Below, piece after piece: positions 51,030-64,000 of a stretch of DNA of 64,000 bases; positions within the stretch are counted from its first letter, which is position 1; each line of letters opens with the position of its first letter. Below the pieces are notes generated by a model. That model saw only the letters and a program-made list of their open reading frames with translations, searched no databases and had not been told where the DNA came from. Source of the DNA: Takakia lepidozioides (Eukaryota; Plantae; Bryophyta); assembly GCA_030704615.1 (NCBI GenBank), contig CM060733.1:18414001-18478000 (forward strand). Reading direction: 5' to 3'. Position numbers and translations under genes: made by a program.

Positions 51030-51653
51030 CAAATAAGCGAAACCGCGAAAAAAAAAAAAAAAAAAACTACTCTGCATTGTAGAATTAGAACCGTCCGGGG
51101 TCGCAAAGCGCGACGCCCGGACGATGCGATTTAAGGGGGTACATTTGAATTTAGGCGGGAAAATTTGAATTTCAAAAACTTGTTGACCATTGATGACCAT
51201 TGACTCCGATTCTGTCTAATGGCGATATGTTCATTATTCTACATATATCATGCAATGCATACTTGAACCTAAGACCTCCACGTTATAACATTTCTAAGAC
51301 ACTACAAACTAACCAACACACCTATGCTACATCTATATATCACATAGACAATCTATATTTATTTATTTATTTATTTATATTTATATATTTATATATATTT
51401 ATATTTCCTTCAAGTTCTTTATAAGGGGGTCTCTCTTGTGATGTCTGGGAGTTGCAACCTTCACAACCTTAAGCCCCAGCCCCAACATCGTCGCCGTTGT
51501 TGCACCCCCCCACCGCCAGGAGCCCCAAGCAACGTCCTTGTGATGACCTAAGCTGACTACAACACCATTGCGACCCCCTGGCTTCGCAGCGTTGGCCGTC
51601 CTAGCGCGGGGTGCCCCCAGCGACGCTTTTGTGAAGTTGAGGGCCGCAAAGCC

Positions 51654-51684
<31 letters not shown>

Positions 51685-52319
51685 AACTCTCATTGCGGTG
51701 ATGCTGTTCCAACGTCCTGGCGTCGCAGAGGCGCTAGGGCGCCCTCAGTGACGCTTGGGCGCCCTCAGTGACGCTTTTGCGACGCCGAGGTATTGCAACG
51801 TCCAATATATATATATTTGGATTTGCAACGCTGGGGCGTCGCAAGAAAAAAAAATCCGTCGCAGCGAGGGTCATCTTTCCCCCTTCGTGTCACCTTGCGA
51901 TGGCTGGGCGTCGCAATGGTGTCGCAGCGGGGGGCATCGCAAAAAAGTGTCGCACGGCTGACGTCGCAAACCCCCCCATTTGTTGTAATACTGGGTGGCC
52001 CCGCTGCGACCCATGATCCGGCCCGGGTGGGTCTGCCGCGAGCATGGGTCTGCCGCCATGTATGGTCTGCCGCGAGGTAGGATGGCCCTAGGTGGCATTG
52101 GGGCTGACTGCGGCTGTTTTCTAGGTTAAGAGATTAAAAAAAAAATTGGGGTAACAGCAAGCAGCAGGTAATGTGGTGCAAAAAATGAGGCGCCACCGCA
52201 CTCAATTCCGGTTGACAGGAAATGAGGGTTATGTATGTTGTTTGGAGAACTGATGTTTGTTTGTTCCGATCCTTTGTCAGTCTCAAAAGTGAGTGCGCCA
52301 CCGCACTCAATTCTTGCAG

Positions 52320-52892
52320 GTGCCAGATCAGAAAAATGTAGCTGTGGAATGATGGAAAGGCTGTAATTGTGGGAGGTGCAGGGGAGGAAAAGAAAAGGAT
52401 TGCAGCCTGAGAAGCAGCATGCGCAGCAGCAGCAGGAGGCAGTGACTGAGAAGCCTGTTGAAGAAGACGATCCTTTCTACGAAGAGTGAGCGGCAAAGGT
52501 CCTCGTGTACCAAAAGGTCAATTCCGCGCAGGTGATCAAGTATATGCAGGTACCTGGAGGCAAGATTATGATCCCTCTCTGCCGCCTAATATCAATGCCA
52601 ATCGTTCGACCTGCCCTGACCAGGGATGTGTCCAAGTTGGAGCAAGATTTTAGTCACGGATACATAGAGGGGTCTCCCGTGTTTTACGTGTCATTGTGCG
52701 ATGCCAGTGGGAAGGAGGTCTTGGTGGACGAGTCAATTGTGAAAAGCTCGGATCCAATATGGCGAGAAGTAAACGAGGAGTTCGAAGCCCAGATTTCGAG
52801 GTGATTGTCTACACAGGTGTTCTCCGGGAAGATGTTTCATATCTGGGATGGCAATCACCACTTCATGGCCTGAATGAACGTCATAAACAAAT
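52320..52892 (+). pseudogene. ParB/Sulfiredoxin-like domain protein fragment inside the CACTA-like element
   Basis: IPLCRLISMPIVRPALTRDVSKLEQDFSHGY..GSPVFYVS...*...MFHIWDGNHHFMA*; DGNH(R) resembles the ParB/Srx DGxHR motif. Confidence 0.5.
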
Positions 52893-52962
52893 CTTCAGTT
52901 GGGATCCCACACCACAGGACTTTGAAGACATTGGGATTCTGCAAAACAATGTCAAATACTGC

Positions 52963-55217
52963 TCACTCCATCACCAATGCAAACCAGTGCAATGCGTCAT
53001 CCACCACAAACTTCTGTGAATGGTCTGTTCCATGGAGTAAGTCCATCCTCAAACTATGCAGATCCTTCATCAACTTGTTGTATGAGCGGAAATTGCCAAA
53101 TTGCATCCATCTGTGTTGTAGGAAGAAAGCTGTCATGCGCTCAAAGTCCTCCTCAGTCAATCCGAACAAGTGCTTTCTTCGCACCCCAAAGGTTGGATGT
53201 GCCATAGGCATATGTCTGAGGTCTTTAGGCCGTGGGTCATCCATGAGAATCAGCTGCACAAGTAGAGGCGGCGCATTTTGGTCGCTTGTGGCTTCAATGG
53301 TAACAGCAGAGGCGGCTTCCAGAACATGGTTGGCTTCCTCAATAGAAAACTCCATGGAATAATGAAAGGATACAAATGACCACCGGCGGTCCGCAACAAT
53401 CCGGTGGAGCTCATTATGCCAATCCAAATGGGGATTAATTTCTCCCACCCTAAGCCGGGGAAGTGTGAGGTCTTCAGCTCCGGGTCGAATTACCGGTGAT
53501 GACGATCGCCAAACTGCAAAAACCGCCGTGCTATGTGAGAGAAAGGCAGTCTACTGGTCAGTCTGGTCCGCAGTCTGTTAGATGACAGGACTTCCCATTG
53601 GCATGGGCTGCATGATGGGCTCCTGGAGAGGAGTCTGCAGGATGATAGGCTGCTCGTTGGGAGTCTGCTCCGTTGGAGTCTGCTGGATGACAGGCTGCTG
53701 AACGGGAGTCTACTGGATGACGGCCTACTGAATGGGAGTCTGCTGGATGGCAGACTCGGCTGTCCCAGACGCATTCCCCCCCGCATCTTGAATATGTAAT
53801 GCCGCTATAGCAGCAGATGACCCAGGATACTTCAATAATATGTACTCTCGCACGCGGTCCACTTCCGCACGCACTGCAGTCGCTTGTAAATGAGCATCAT
53901 TGCTAGGTATCCGCCAAGCCTGAATGGCCCTACGAATAGAAACACATTCATCCTGGTACACGGCAGAGAACTTGGACGTCAGGAACATGGACGTGGACTC
54001 TATATTCACCTCATGCAGCGGACCTGACTCACAGACCAGCAGACTGTAACGTGCGTATGTAGGGTGGAGGCAACTAGTAGACTGTACCAGTGGACTAGAC
54101 CAGCGGACTGACAAATGGACTCAGTAAGTAATGCAACGATATAAAACAGACTAACTGACGAGCGGAGTGAGCCAGCGGACTGAGGAGAGAACGCAGCGGA
54201 CTGACCAGACTGAATAGGCAACGTGATCCCGATGATGGACTCAAACAGCACAGATAATAGACTGGGCGGTCAGACTGACCATTACCTCCTCAAAGTTGTT
54301 CAACCAGTTCTGTTCCGCCTGTCGGATGAATGTGCGTAGCAGACCTAACTGGGCAACTCTGTAGAAATAACGGAAGAAGTCTGGATCCCCAATTGGTGGG
54401 CACTCTGGTGGGAAAAGCCCAAAGTCAACGAGGCGCAATGTGCCAGGGCAGACTGACCCTTCAGTGCTCTGTTGAGTTTTTGATTTTGACCCTAAACCGA
54501 TGGCATGGGTCGCGATATTTGTGTGAGTCTGCTGCCGAGTCTGGTCAGGCAAGTCAATGTCCACTGGACTTGTCACCCCTTCCAGGCCCTGAGTAGATTC
54601 ACTTTCAGTATCAGTACTGATGGTGTGGGTCTGCCGCCCAGGACGGGGTTCAATCTGTTGCGTGGATTTTGCCCTTGCCTCGCGAGCAGACCTTGCAGCC
54701 TTCTCCTTTTTTTTCCTCTCCTTTTTTTGGGCCCCATCACTCAGTTTACGTTTTCTGGCAGCGTCCGGCGTCCCTGCACTTGCAAATCCTCCTTTGATGG
54801 GCCACCAGAATGGAGGCCATACCGTGCGCGCACTTCATCTAATTCCCAAGTGCGGGGGTCAAGCATTGATCCGCGCAAGCGCATTGTGGCCTCTTTGACA
54901 ATCGACATTTCTTTCAGTATTGGCCAAGGCTTGAAATCCCGTGGAATCATTGCAATAGTCTCCTTACAACCCGTGTCAACACAATGCCGTTTTAGTTGGA
55001 TTTTGTCCTTGATAACCTCTTCACAGAAGGGACAGAAGAGCTTGTCCTTCTGCCAATTCGAGTTTTTGGGCTTCCGGGCGCGGAGGTCTACAAATGCTTC
55101 CACTATTTTATGATCAAACTCGTCTGGTGAATACCAGTACCTTCGCTCCTTCTTCAGTCTGGTTTGGTGTACAAAATCCACCCAGTCCGCTCCACCCTTT
55201 TCACAAGCATCCTCCAT
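52963..55217 (-). pseudogene. Disrupted long ORF with an N-terminal zinc-finger-like motif and Q/P-rich repeats (TE-borne, unknown family)
   Basis: ORFs 54241-54576, 53725-54114 and 52963-53448 share one frame; 54741-55217 (CPFC..LKRH...C) joins via a frameshift; 30-bp repeats at 53620-53760 encode (V/A)IQQTP(I/V)QQ. Confidence 0.5.
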
Positions 55218-56994
55218 CGCTGCAGAATGAAACGAAGGTGCAAGGACAATGAGTGACAGATAGAAGTCCTATGAAAAGACGCACCCTAAGCAAGAAGAGG
55301 ACACAGAATGGAATGGAAACACCGCAACAAGTGAGAACCTCACCGAGCCGATGAACTTCGAGTTGTTACGAAGGCGAGCGTGTTTGCGACGCTTCGCGGC
55401 TCACCGCGACTCTCCACACTTGGGGAAGAACGGCCGTCTTTCGTTACAGTGATGGAAACGCAAAGAGGAAAACAAAACAGTACAAAACAATGCGAAGAAA
55501 CAGGCGTGAAGAGAATGGAGTCGATCGCACAGGGAACATGAGAAGAAAGTAGAAGTAGAAGGGGGAAAGCGGGCATGGCATTGCCAACGTGGCGCGATTT
55601 CACAGGCGCCAACTATCCGCCGTCATCGCATTGAATACGTCCACCGAACGAACGCATCGTACTAAATTCATCCACGGTCCTCGCAAGTGCAGCAGACTCA
55701 TTTCCCATCGGGCCGAGAGTCCACCGGACCGCTAGTCCAGCGGACTATTCGCTTTACTGAGGCGAAGCGGCTTCATATTGGAGGCACTTCCCTGCCAGCG
55801 GAATGAAGACAAAAGAGAGTAAGGAGAGAACAGGAGAGTCGAACACACCCATTGCGAACAGACTAATGCATGCACAGTCCAACAGACTGATATCCATAGA
55901 GGAGAACTGTCCAGCAGACGGACGTTTCGCCAGACTGGCGGGAGAACAAGCCAAAAGACTAACCGGAGAGAAAATAAGAAGTCAAACAGACTTAGTGCAA
56001 CAGACTTCCGACACAACATACTGATAAATTCACAAGTGCGACAGACTGATATCCCAACAGACGGACTTCCAGCAGACCGCCTCCAAACTGACTGTTATGC
56101 ACGCGATAAGGGGAATATCCGGAGCACTGACGGGCCAGCGGACCCACTGTGAACAGACTCGCGACACAACGGACCTCAAACATCCGCGCATTTGCAGATG
56201 CAATTGTCTCAGCCTAGTCCGTCTCCTGGCAAATGCGACAATGTACCGATTCTGCACCTACTCCCGTCGTGGCTTAGACATCTGCATTCAGCAGGTGCGT
56301 GTGGATGTTTGAGGACCTTACGACTGGATGGTGTTCCGTGACGACTCGAATTGCTTTTTTGTGCTGCCATCCCTTATATAATACCATGTGGATCCATCAC
56401 AAAGCTGGGTTTCTTCAGATTCTCCACCCTTTTCCACAACTTATGCACGACGGATGCAAGCCGCTATACTTGGTCACATAAACAGTCTCATCGTCCAATA
56501 CGAAATCTGCAATACACGCCCCCATGTGCATACGCTTCCGCCATTTTCGCGCCCATGTTACCCATGGGTTCCTTTAACAAACTAAACTTGTGAAGGCTCT
56601 CATGAGGGATGCAGTATGAAGGGGCTAAACGTATCATGAAAGATCACAAGCAGAGGACGTTATCGACGACAGATGTCTGTATTTTCCATATTTATGACAT
56701 AGAACCAAACCATAAAACGAAGGTTCCCGAAAACACAACAAGAAGGCAAAAATAGTGGAAGCATATGCACGATGGTGGCTGTAGTGCCGAGACAGTCCTC
56801 TCATGTTCAAGCACACGCTTCATCATCATCATGAACATCGCGCGTAAAAGAGGAACAGTCGCGTGCATGGAAACGCCAACCACAACATCGGACAACAAAT
56901 AGCCGTCAAAAGAGAGCGGCCGGGATTTGGTGGGAAAATCATTGCTATTTTCGCAGCCCTAAAAATGGAGGGCTCGGATGGGTTATGGGAATGG

Positions 56995-57190
56995 ACGGTG
57001 GCGAGCCTGCGCTGTCAGCGGACTGGATGGCAGGGGACTGGCCAGCGGACTGGCGGGCAGACTGGCGGACTGGCAGACTACTGGGCAGCAGACTGGCCAG
57101 CAGCGGACTGGCAGACTGGAGGGCGGGGGACTCATGGGCGGGGGACTGGCCGCGCGGCGGACGGGGGGGCGGGCGGGGTGCTGGGGAGCC
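56995..57190. repeat. GC-rich short tandem repeat with a gcggactggc core
   Basis: Repeated cagcggactgg / gcagactggc units. Confidence 0.7.
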
Positions 57191-58278
57191 GGGCATCCGT
57201 GCGCGGGGCCCACCGGCCACATCGCACGTGCCCATTGAAGACCCTATTATCTTAAAATGAGAGGCGGGCTACAAACCCCCCCTTCTGTTTTTTTTACTTT
57301 TATAAAGGATCTGTAAGAACTTTTTTTTTGGTAAGAACTTACAATGGCATTTGATCAAAAAGTCAATGAAAAATTAATATACGTATTTTATTAGGAAACC
57401 GCCAATTCAGGCCCTTGAGGAAGGGGAAAATTAACCCCCTTTCATATAAGCCATTGGGCACATATGAGGGATCGTCATCCCACACATCAACCGGTAAACT
57501 AACCATACCCGCAGGACAGAGTAGCATGATCTCAAACCCGAACCACCAGGGTGACATATATCCAACTGAACTATGAGCTGCAGATAATTATTTCTTCGTC
57601 TTTTGCACAAAGAAAAAGAGAATAACAGTTTCTAAAAATAAGATATTCTCCACCCAGAGAGTGCACTATGTGCCACTAGGCGATTCGTGGTTCAAATCCA
57701 GCTATGTCCTGTATCTTTGCTTGATCCCAGGCTTTGTTTATATATATATATATATATATTGAACAAATGAACATTGTCATGTTGCCCATAGAAAGAATGT
57801 GACATTTTCATCCAACATGTCTCAGTTTTATATGGCGGTGTGAGTGAGCAAGAGGAAACCGAACATGTACCCTGCCTCAAATTCAATGTTCAAACAACGA
57901 GGACAAGTTTATCACCAAAAAATTGGTGTACAAAAAGGTGCTACAATACCTTTAGAATTTTTTGTTCTCCATTCCGGTTCAAGAGACGGGCACCACATAA
58001 CCAAAACTAGTGTACAAAGAGGTGCTACAATACCTTTAGAACTTTTTGTTCTCCATTCCAGTTCAAGAGACAGGCACCACATAACCAAAACAAGGCATTC
58101 TCATCACTTTATATGATCTGATTGTACAGTTTTCTGCCGACACCAATGACAAGCCTGCCCCTGCAACAAGAAATCACACATATACCCTCCCACCACTCAC
58201 TTACCTAGATTGTTATTCATTGTAAGTATTCTCTCTCTTTGCCATCCTTGTAAATGTTTTGCTGTTTATTTGAGCAGG

Positions 58279-61200
58279 TGTAGTGTGAATGCAGGGGGTA
58301 AAAATTCAAGTTTTTGTTTGGCATCAGGTTTCGGCACTACTACAAAGGGAGTGCCCTTCGTGCTAATGAAGGGGAGGAATTGTCCATAACTTGAGGTAAT
58401 TCCATGGAAAGACTATGCTATTGATCTGCCAAGAACAAAATATGGCTAAGTTATGACATGCACCTTTTTCATCCCTAGGATGAATGATTTTCATCCATGA
58501 TGTTGAACCCTAGAAGCAGGATGTGAAATTCGAAGGGGAAGAGTGCATGTATCTTTTCGCAGCTGCTGCAGTGGTGTTGGCAGCACAAGATATCTGAGAA
58601 AGTTCCACCTACGCAAAGGGTATCAGCTTGCTTTTAAGAGAAACGTTAAGAGCTCCTGCTTGGCTTTCTGTGCAAGAAGAAGCGGTGCCGCCTTCTTCGT
58701 AAGCAATGATCAAACCTGAGGGATCAGGTTTGTGATAAGGGCGGTGCACCACTGCTGTCGCCATTGTCTTGATGAGCACATTAATGAGGAGATGGAGCGG
58801 CTCAGCAGGTGTTGGGGGATGAGAAATGCAGGCTGGTGTGTATAGCGCCTCAGGTTGTCTGTGATCAAATCTTTGTAGCTGCTGTCTATTTTTGAGCTTT
58901 AGGACCAGATCACTTTGTAAGGGAAGAGTGTAAGCATCTTTTCGCAGCTGCTGCAGTGGTGTTGGCAGTACAGCATATCTTAGGAAGTTCCACCTGCGCA
59001 AAGGGAATCAGCTTGCCTTAAAGAGCGACGTTAAGGGATCTGGCTTGGCATTCTGTGCAAGAGGAAGCGGTGCCACCTTCTGGTGTGTATGGCGCTTAAG
59101 CTATCTATAATTAAGTTTTGTATCTGCTCTCTGTCTTAAGGGCTGTAGGACTAGATCACTTCATAGGGAAGAAATGCACATGTAGAAGGATAGGGTAGAG
59201 GTTGGCAGGCACAAGGATGTGCCAGCAGCTGAAGCAGAGCCGTCATGCCTTAATGAGGACTGGAATCACGATAAGAAGAAACGTCGGAAATGGCTGACGA
59301 GGGAGAGGACAAGGTGCCTTCTTGACAGGCAGACCCACCGCTTCAATGAGTATAAGACAGATAAGTTTGAAGAGTGGTCCCCCTTTTTTTGGTGACTTAG
59401 AAATCGCTTTGTGAAGTTTGGACTGTCTCTTGTATGTAGTAAGAGACACTGACATGTGAGGAAGAAAAAGAGCTTTGGAAATGGAATGAAGACACTGGAC
59501 TTCAAATCAGGATGGACTGGAGATGGATGCACCTGCTGTTACATTGTACAGTAGGAAAAATGAATGGAAACAGGGTTGATTCGTTGCTGGGACAGAATGG
59601 TTGCTGCTGTTGTATTCTTGTTCTTTGTTTCAGCGTCATGAGCTTGTACAAACAATCTAGCCTGGGATGTTGACACATTGCAGTCAATGTGGAACTAGCT
59701 TAGTAGGTAGAGGAAACCAGTGAGAGTTAGATAGAACTGTTTGGAAACAACAAGAAGGGATGATGTGGATGGGGCAGAAAAACCAACATCTGTTTGGGTT
59801 TGGATCTGATTCTCAGGGTGCTCTCAGCATGTGAACCACTGAGGTTCACAGTTGATGGGAAAAAGAGAGCTGTCAGGGTGTGTAAATTGAGACCTGTAGA
59901 AGGGTGGAGAGCTGTCTTGGGCAAATGGCTACACCTGGGAAAAGTGGAGTGTGAAGCATCTGTCATTGGCAAGAGAGGGACTGATAAAAGGGCTGATTAT
60001 ATCTTGTGTGACCAAGGTTGATTTCAATGCTGGGTGCACTGGATGCTTGGCTGAATGCGCATTGCATTGCATCATAGACATGCTACAGTGGAAAGAGTGA
60101 GGAACCTACTCACCCTGAAAGAAAGAGAGAGGGAGAGAGAAAAGGACATAAGGGAGAGAGCTGACCAGCAAGAGGGGATGGAGAGGAATGGATGATTGGG
60201 GCGGTAAGATAAAGAAAGCATGAACCCATGAAGGGCCAAACTGGTGGGCCTGCAACTCATGGCAGATCTGAGTTGCCTCCTTCTAAATCGTGATCTTATT
60301 ACAAAGGGGCTTCCACGTGTTGCTGACCAAGGGAGCTGCCCACAAGGGCAGTGGTCATCACTGACGTAGGGCTGGTTGCATCACTGAAGACAGCATGGTA
60401 ACATGGCTGGTGCAGTGTACCAGGGAGAGGATGTCGTGTAGAAGTAGAACCACGGGTGAAAACAATACAGACTCCCCATCCATGTCTTCTCTTCCGCTGC
60501 GGCGTGGATGAGGATTGTGTGAACTCTGATCATGAAGGACCTAAGGGAAACCCACACCGAGTGACGATGGTTGGATCACTGAGAGGAGAGCTCATTTCCT
60601 TCCCTCCAATTGACCTAGGGAGGAGCACAACTAGACTTGCACAGAAGGGGATTCACGCCCCTTCTTTTGGTATCAGAGCTGATGTTAAATCTTGATTTCT
60701 ACTAGCTAGGGATCTTGACTGGTATTGGATGGTTTGATGGCAGGAAGAGACCACACACTGATTCCTGATGAACCAAGCATTGGAGATGTGCTGAATTGCT
60801 TCAGCAGACGCACACCAAATGCACACGTAGACCCTTGTTTGTACTTCTTCAACCCTGCTTGGAGAATAGCGAATGGTGATTTATGTCTTAGAGTGATACA
60901 TACTGGTGGAAGAACAACCATAGCACTTTGGATAAGAGAGTTAGGAAGGTGGGTGAAGATAAATACCATGGCACGAGAGGTGACATGGGGAGGTAGAGTA
61001 GAGATGTTGCGAAATGGACAGTGGGAGTGGTATAGAGGTCAACATTAAGGGAGTTGCGGGAAAATTAGAGTCAGAATTAGGTGTTGAAACAGTTTGAATT
61101 TAGACTAGAGAATAGAAGGATGACCAGTCCAACCAGCATAGATGCGCCTTATCATGGTAGGAATAGTGAGGATGTAAATGACTGGCTGGAGAGAATTCAG

Positions 61201-64000
61201 ATGGAGGCAGATGTCAGGGATTTGAATGAGGACAAAACTTTCAAGGTAGCAAGGCTCAACCTGAGAGCCAAGGCTGATGAATGGTACCGTAAACAAAACC
61301 CTAGACCAAACAACTGGGTGGACTTCAGGGCAGCAATTTCAGCCAAGTTTGGTATCGTTGACTTGGCAGAAATTAGGCTAAGAATGGATACCATTAAACA
61401 GGAGAGTAGACAAAGGGTTCAAACATACTTCGATAGGTTGAACCGGTTATTTATAAGAAGTGGGGCGTCTGATGTGGAACAGAGGCGTAGATTTGCAACA
61501 GGTTTGAGACCAGAAATAGCAAGAGTAATGCTGGGCAGGCGCTTCCTTGATGTAGAGGAAGCACTTGACACAGCCATTGAGATTGAAAGGGGCCTGGGAA
61601 AGTTAGGGGAAATACCTCTAGAGCCATTGGAAGGAGATGATACAGATGAGTCAGTTGTGTTTGTTAACCCTGTGGACATAAGACTTGATCAGCTGAACAC
61701 TACCCTATAGAAGTACTTTGATAGGGGACCAGTCATAGGAGAAAGCTCGGGATCTAGAACACCACCTCGTGTTCGCCTTTGTATTGTTTGTCACAAAGAA
61801 GGTCACATAGCTGCATATTGTCCTGAAGGAAGAACCCCAGCTAAGTGTGACAAATGTCACCGGTTCGGGCATTCCACGGAAATGTGTGGTGTGAGATGCA
61901 ACTTTTGCAAGCTACTCGGGCATACGGAGAGTGAGTGCAGTAGAAAACTCGACCAAACTATGATGGGAACTCCGGGAACTAACTTTGTAGACGTGTTCTA
62001 TGATGATGAGGATGATGTACTCGCAGAGATGACAGATCTGATGTCACGAAATAGTATCAATGAAGTCAGACTTCCAAGGACACGCATACCTGTCCAGAGT
62101 CCGATTGTTGAACCTACAGGGTCACCAGAAAGGAATAGTGAGAGCAGTGAACAGCCAAGCAAGACCAAGAGTGAAATCTACCCAAAGAACAATTTCAAGA
62201 ATGCTATAGAAGGAGGTACGAAATCCAGAATCTTGAACCACTTCTACAAAGGGAGAATATCGTTGTCGCCCATGGACCTGATCATGACTGTGCCCAAATA
62301 AGCGAAACCGCGAAAAAAAAAAAAAAAAAAAACTACTCTGCATTGTAGAATTAGAACCGTCCGGGGGGCAAAGCGCGACGCCCGGACGATGCGATTTAAG
62401 GGGGTACATTTGAATTTAGGCGGGAAAATTTGAATTTCAAAAACTTGTTGACCATTGATGACCATTGACTCCGATTCTGTCTAATGGCGATATGTTCATT
62501 ATTCTACATATATCATGCAATGCATACTTGAACCTAAGACCTCCACGTTATAACATTTCTAAGACACTACAAACTAACCAACACACCTATGCTACATCTA
62601 TATATCACATAGACAATCTATATTTATTTATTTATTTATTTATATTTATATATTTATATATATTTATATTTCCTTCAAGTTCTTTATAAGGGGGTCTCTC
62701 TTGTGATGTCTGGGAGTTGCAACCTTCACAACCTTAAGCCCCAGCCCCAACATCGTCGCCGTTGTTGCACCCCCCCACCGCCAGGAGCCCCAAGCAACGT
62801 CCTTGTGATGACCTAAGCTGACTACAACACCATTGCGACCCCCTGGCTTCGCAGCGTTGGCCGTCCTAGCGCGGGGTGCCCCCAGCGACGCTTTTGTGAA
62901 GTTGAGGGCCGCAAAGCCAAAAAAAAAAAAAAAAAAAAAAAAAAACAATCAAACTCTCATTGCGGTGATGCTGTTCCAACGTCCTGGCGTCGCAGAGGCG
63001 CTAGGGCGCCCTCAGTGACGCTTGGGCGCCCTCAGTGACGCTTTTGCGACGCCGAGGTATTGCAACGTCCAATATATATATATTTGGATTTGCAACGCTG
63101 GGGCGTCGCAAGAAAAAAAAATCCGTCGCAGCGAGGGTCATCTTTCCCCCTTCGTGTCACCTTGCGATGGCTGGGCGTCGCAATGGTGTCGCAGCGGGGG
63201 GCATCGCAAAAAAGTGTCGCACGGCTGACGTCGCAAACCCCCCCATTTGTTGTAATACTGGGTGGCCCCGCTGCGACCCATGATCCGGCCCGGGTGGGTC
63301 TGCCGCGAGCATGGGTCTGCCGCCATGTATGGTCTGCCGCGAGGTAGGATGGCCCTAGGTGGCATTGGGGCTGACTGCGGCTGTTTTCTAGGTTAAGAGA
63401 TTAAAAAAAAATTGGGGTAACAGCAAGCAGCAGGTAATGTGGTGCAAAAAATGAGGCGCCACCGCACTCAATTCCGGTTGACAGGAAATGAGGGTTATGT
63501 ATGTTGTTTGGAGAACTGATGTTTGTTTGTTCCGATCCTTTGTCAGTCTCAAAAGTGAGTGCGCCACCGCACTCAATTCTTGCAGGTGCCAGATCAGAAA
63601 AATGTAGCTGTGGAATGATGGAAAGGCTGTAATTGTGGGAGGTGCAGGGGAGGAAAAGAAAAGGATTGCAGCCTGAGAAGCAGCATGCGCAGCAGCAGCA
63701 GGAGGCAGTGACTGAGAAGCCTGTTGAAGAAGACGATCCTTTCTACGAAGAGTGAGCGGCAAAGGTCCTCGTGTACCAAAAGGTCAATTCCGCGCAGGTG
63801 ATCAAGTATATGCAGGGTACCTGGAGGCAAGATTATGATCCCTCTCTGCCGCCTAATATCAATGCAATCGTTCGACCTGCCCTGACCAGGGATGTGTCCA
63901 AGTTGGAGCAAGATTTTAGTCACGGATACATAGAGGGGTCTCCCGTGTTTTACGTGTCATTGTGCGATGCCAGTGGGAAGGAGGTCTTGGTGGACGAGTC
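58279..64000 (+). repeat. Near-identical tandem duplicate of 47014-~52733 (LTR-PBS-ORF0-gag-CACTA subterminal-ParB-like), offset ~11,265 bp, running off the window
   Basis: The ORF track repeats at +11265; only scattered SNPs and small, mostly homopolymer, indels are visible. Confidence 0.97.

Larger units (their letters stand above)
46468..58278 (+). mobile_element. CACTA (En/Spm)-like DNA transposon, left end and body, interrupted; right end not identified
   Basis: Starts ccctacaggaaaa (compare the CACTACAAGAAAA TIR), followed by many gcgac/gtcgc subterminal repeats in both orientations (46490-46750 and 51570-52010); no transposase motif seen. Confidence 0.55.

Noticed and set aside
52892-57245. 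Possible TIR pair (tcttcagttggg / cccattgaaga) defining a nested DNA transposon
   Set aside because: The match is too short and imperfect, and no TSD was found.

Overview
Eukaryotic land-plant DNA (GT-AG introns; repeat families suggest a bryophyte or lycophyte, by inference only). A small gene island at about 32-45 kb holds three genes: an 11-exon lycopene epsilon-cyclase (+), a single-exon conserved membrane protein (+) and a 9-exon histidinol-phosphate phosphatase HISN7/IMPL2 (-). Dense, nested transposon debris lies on both sides. On the left, a ~118-bp satellite carries a full-length chromovirus (11892-28479, 5-bp TSD). The chromovirus contains a MITE and, inside its 3' LTR, a second Ty3/gypsy element (19317-27878, 4-bp TSD). 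This second element is the most notable feature: its polyprotein runs gag - protease - C5 cytosine DNA methyltransferase (PC and ENV motifs on a locally inverted piece, motifs IX/X on the sense strand) - [RT deleted] - integrase - PHD finger, so it carries both a DNA-methylation writer and a chromatin reader. A second copy of this family starts at the left edge, and a related solo LTR sits inside a degenerate RNaseH+RLE (RandI/Dualen-like) non-LTR element. On the right, a CACTA-like element carries a ParB-like pseudogene and a PPT-LTR-PBS-gag insert, and part of this block is tandemly duplicated at an 11,265-bp offset. There is a 500-N assembly gap at 8835-9334. All calls were made by eye; no searches were run.
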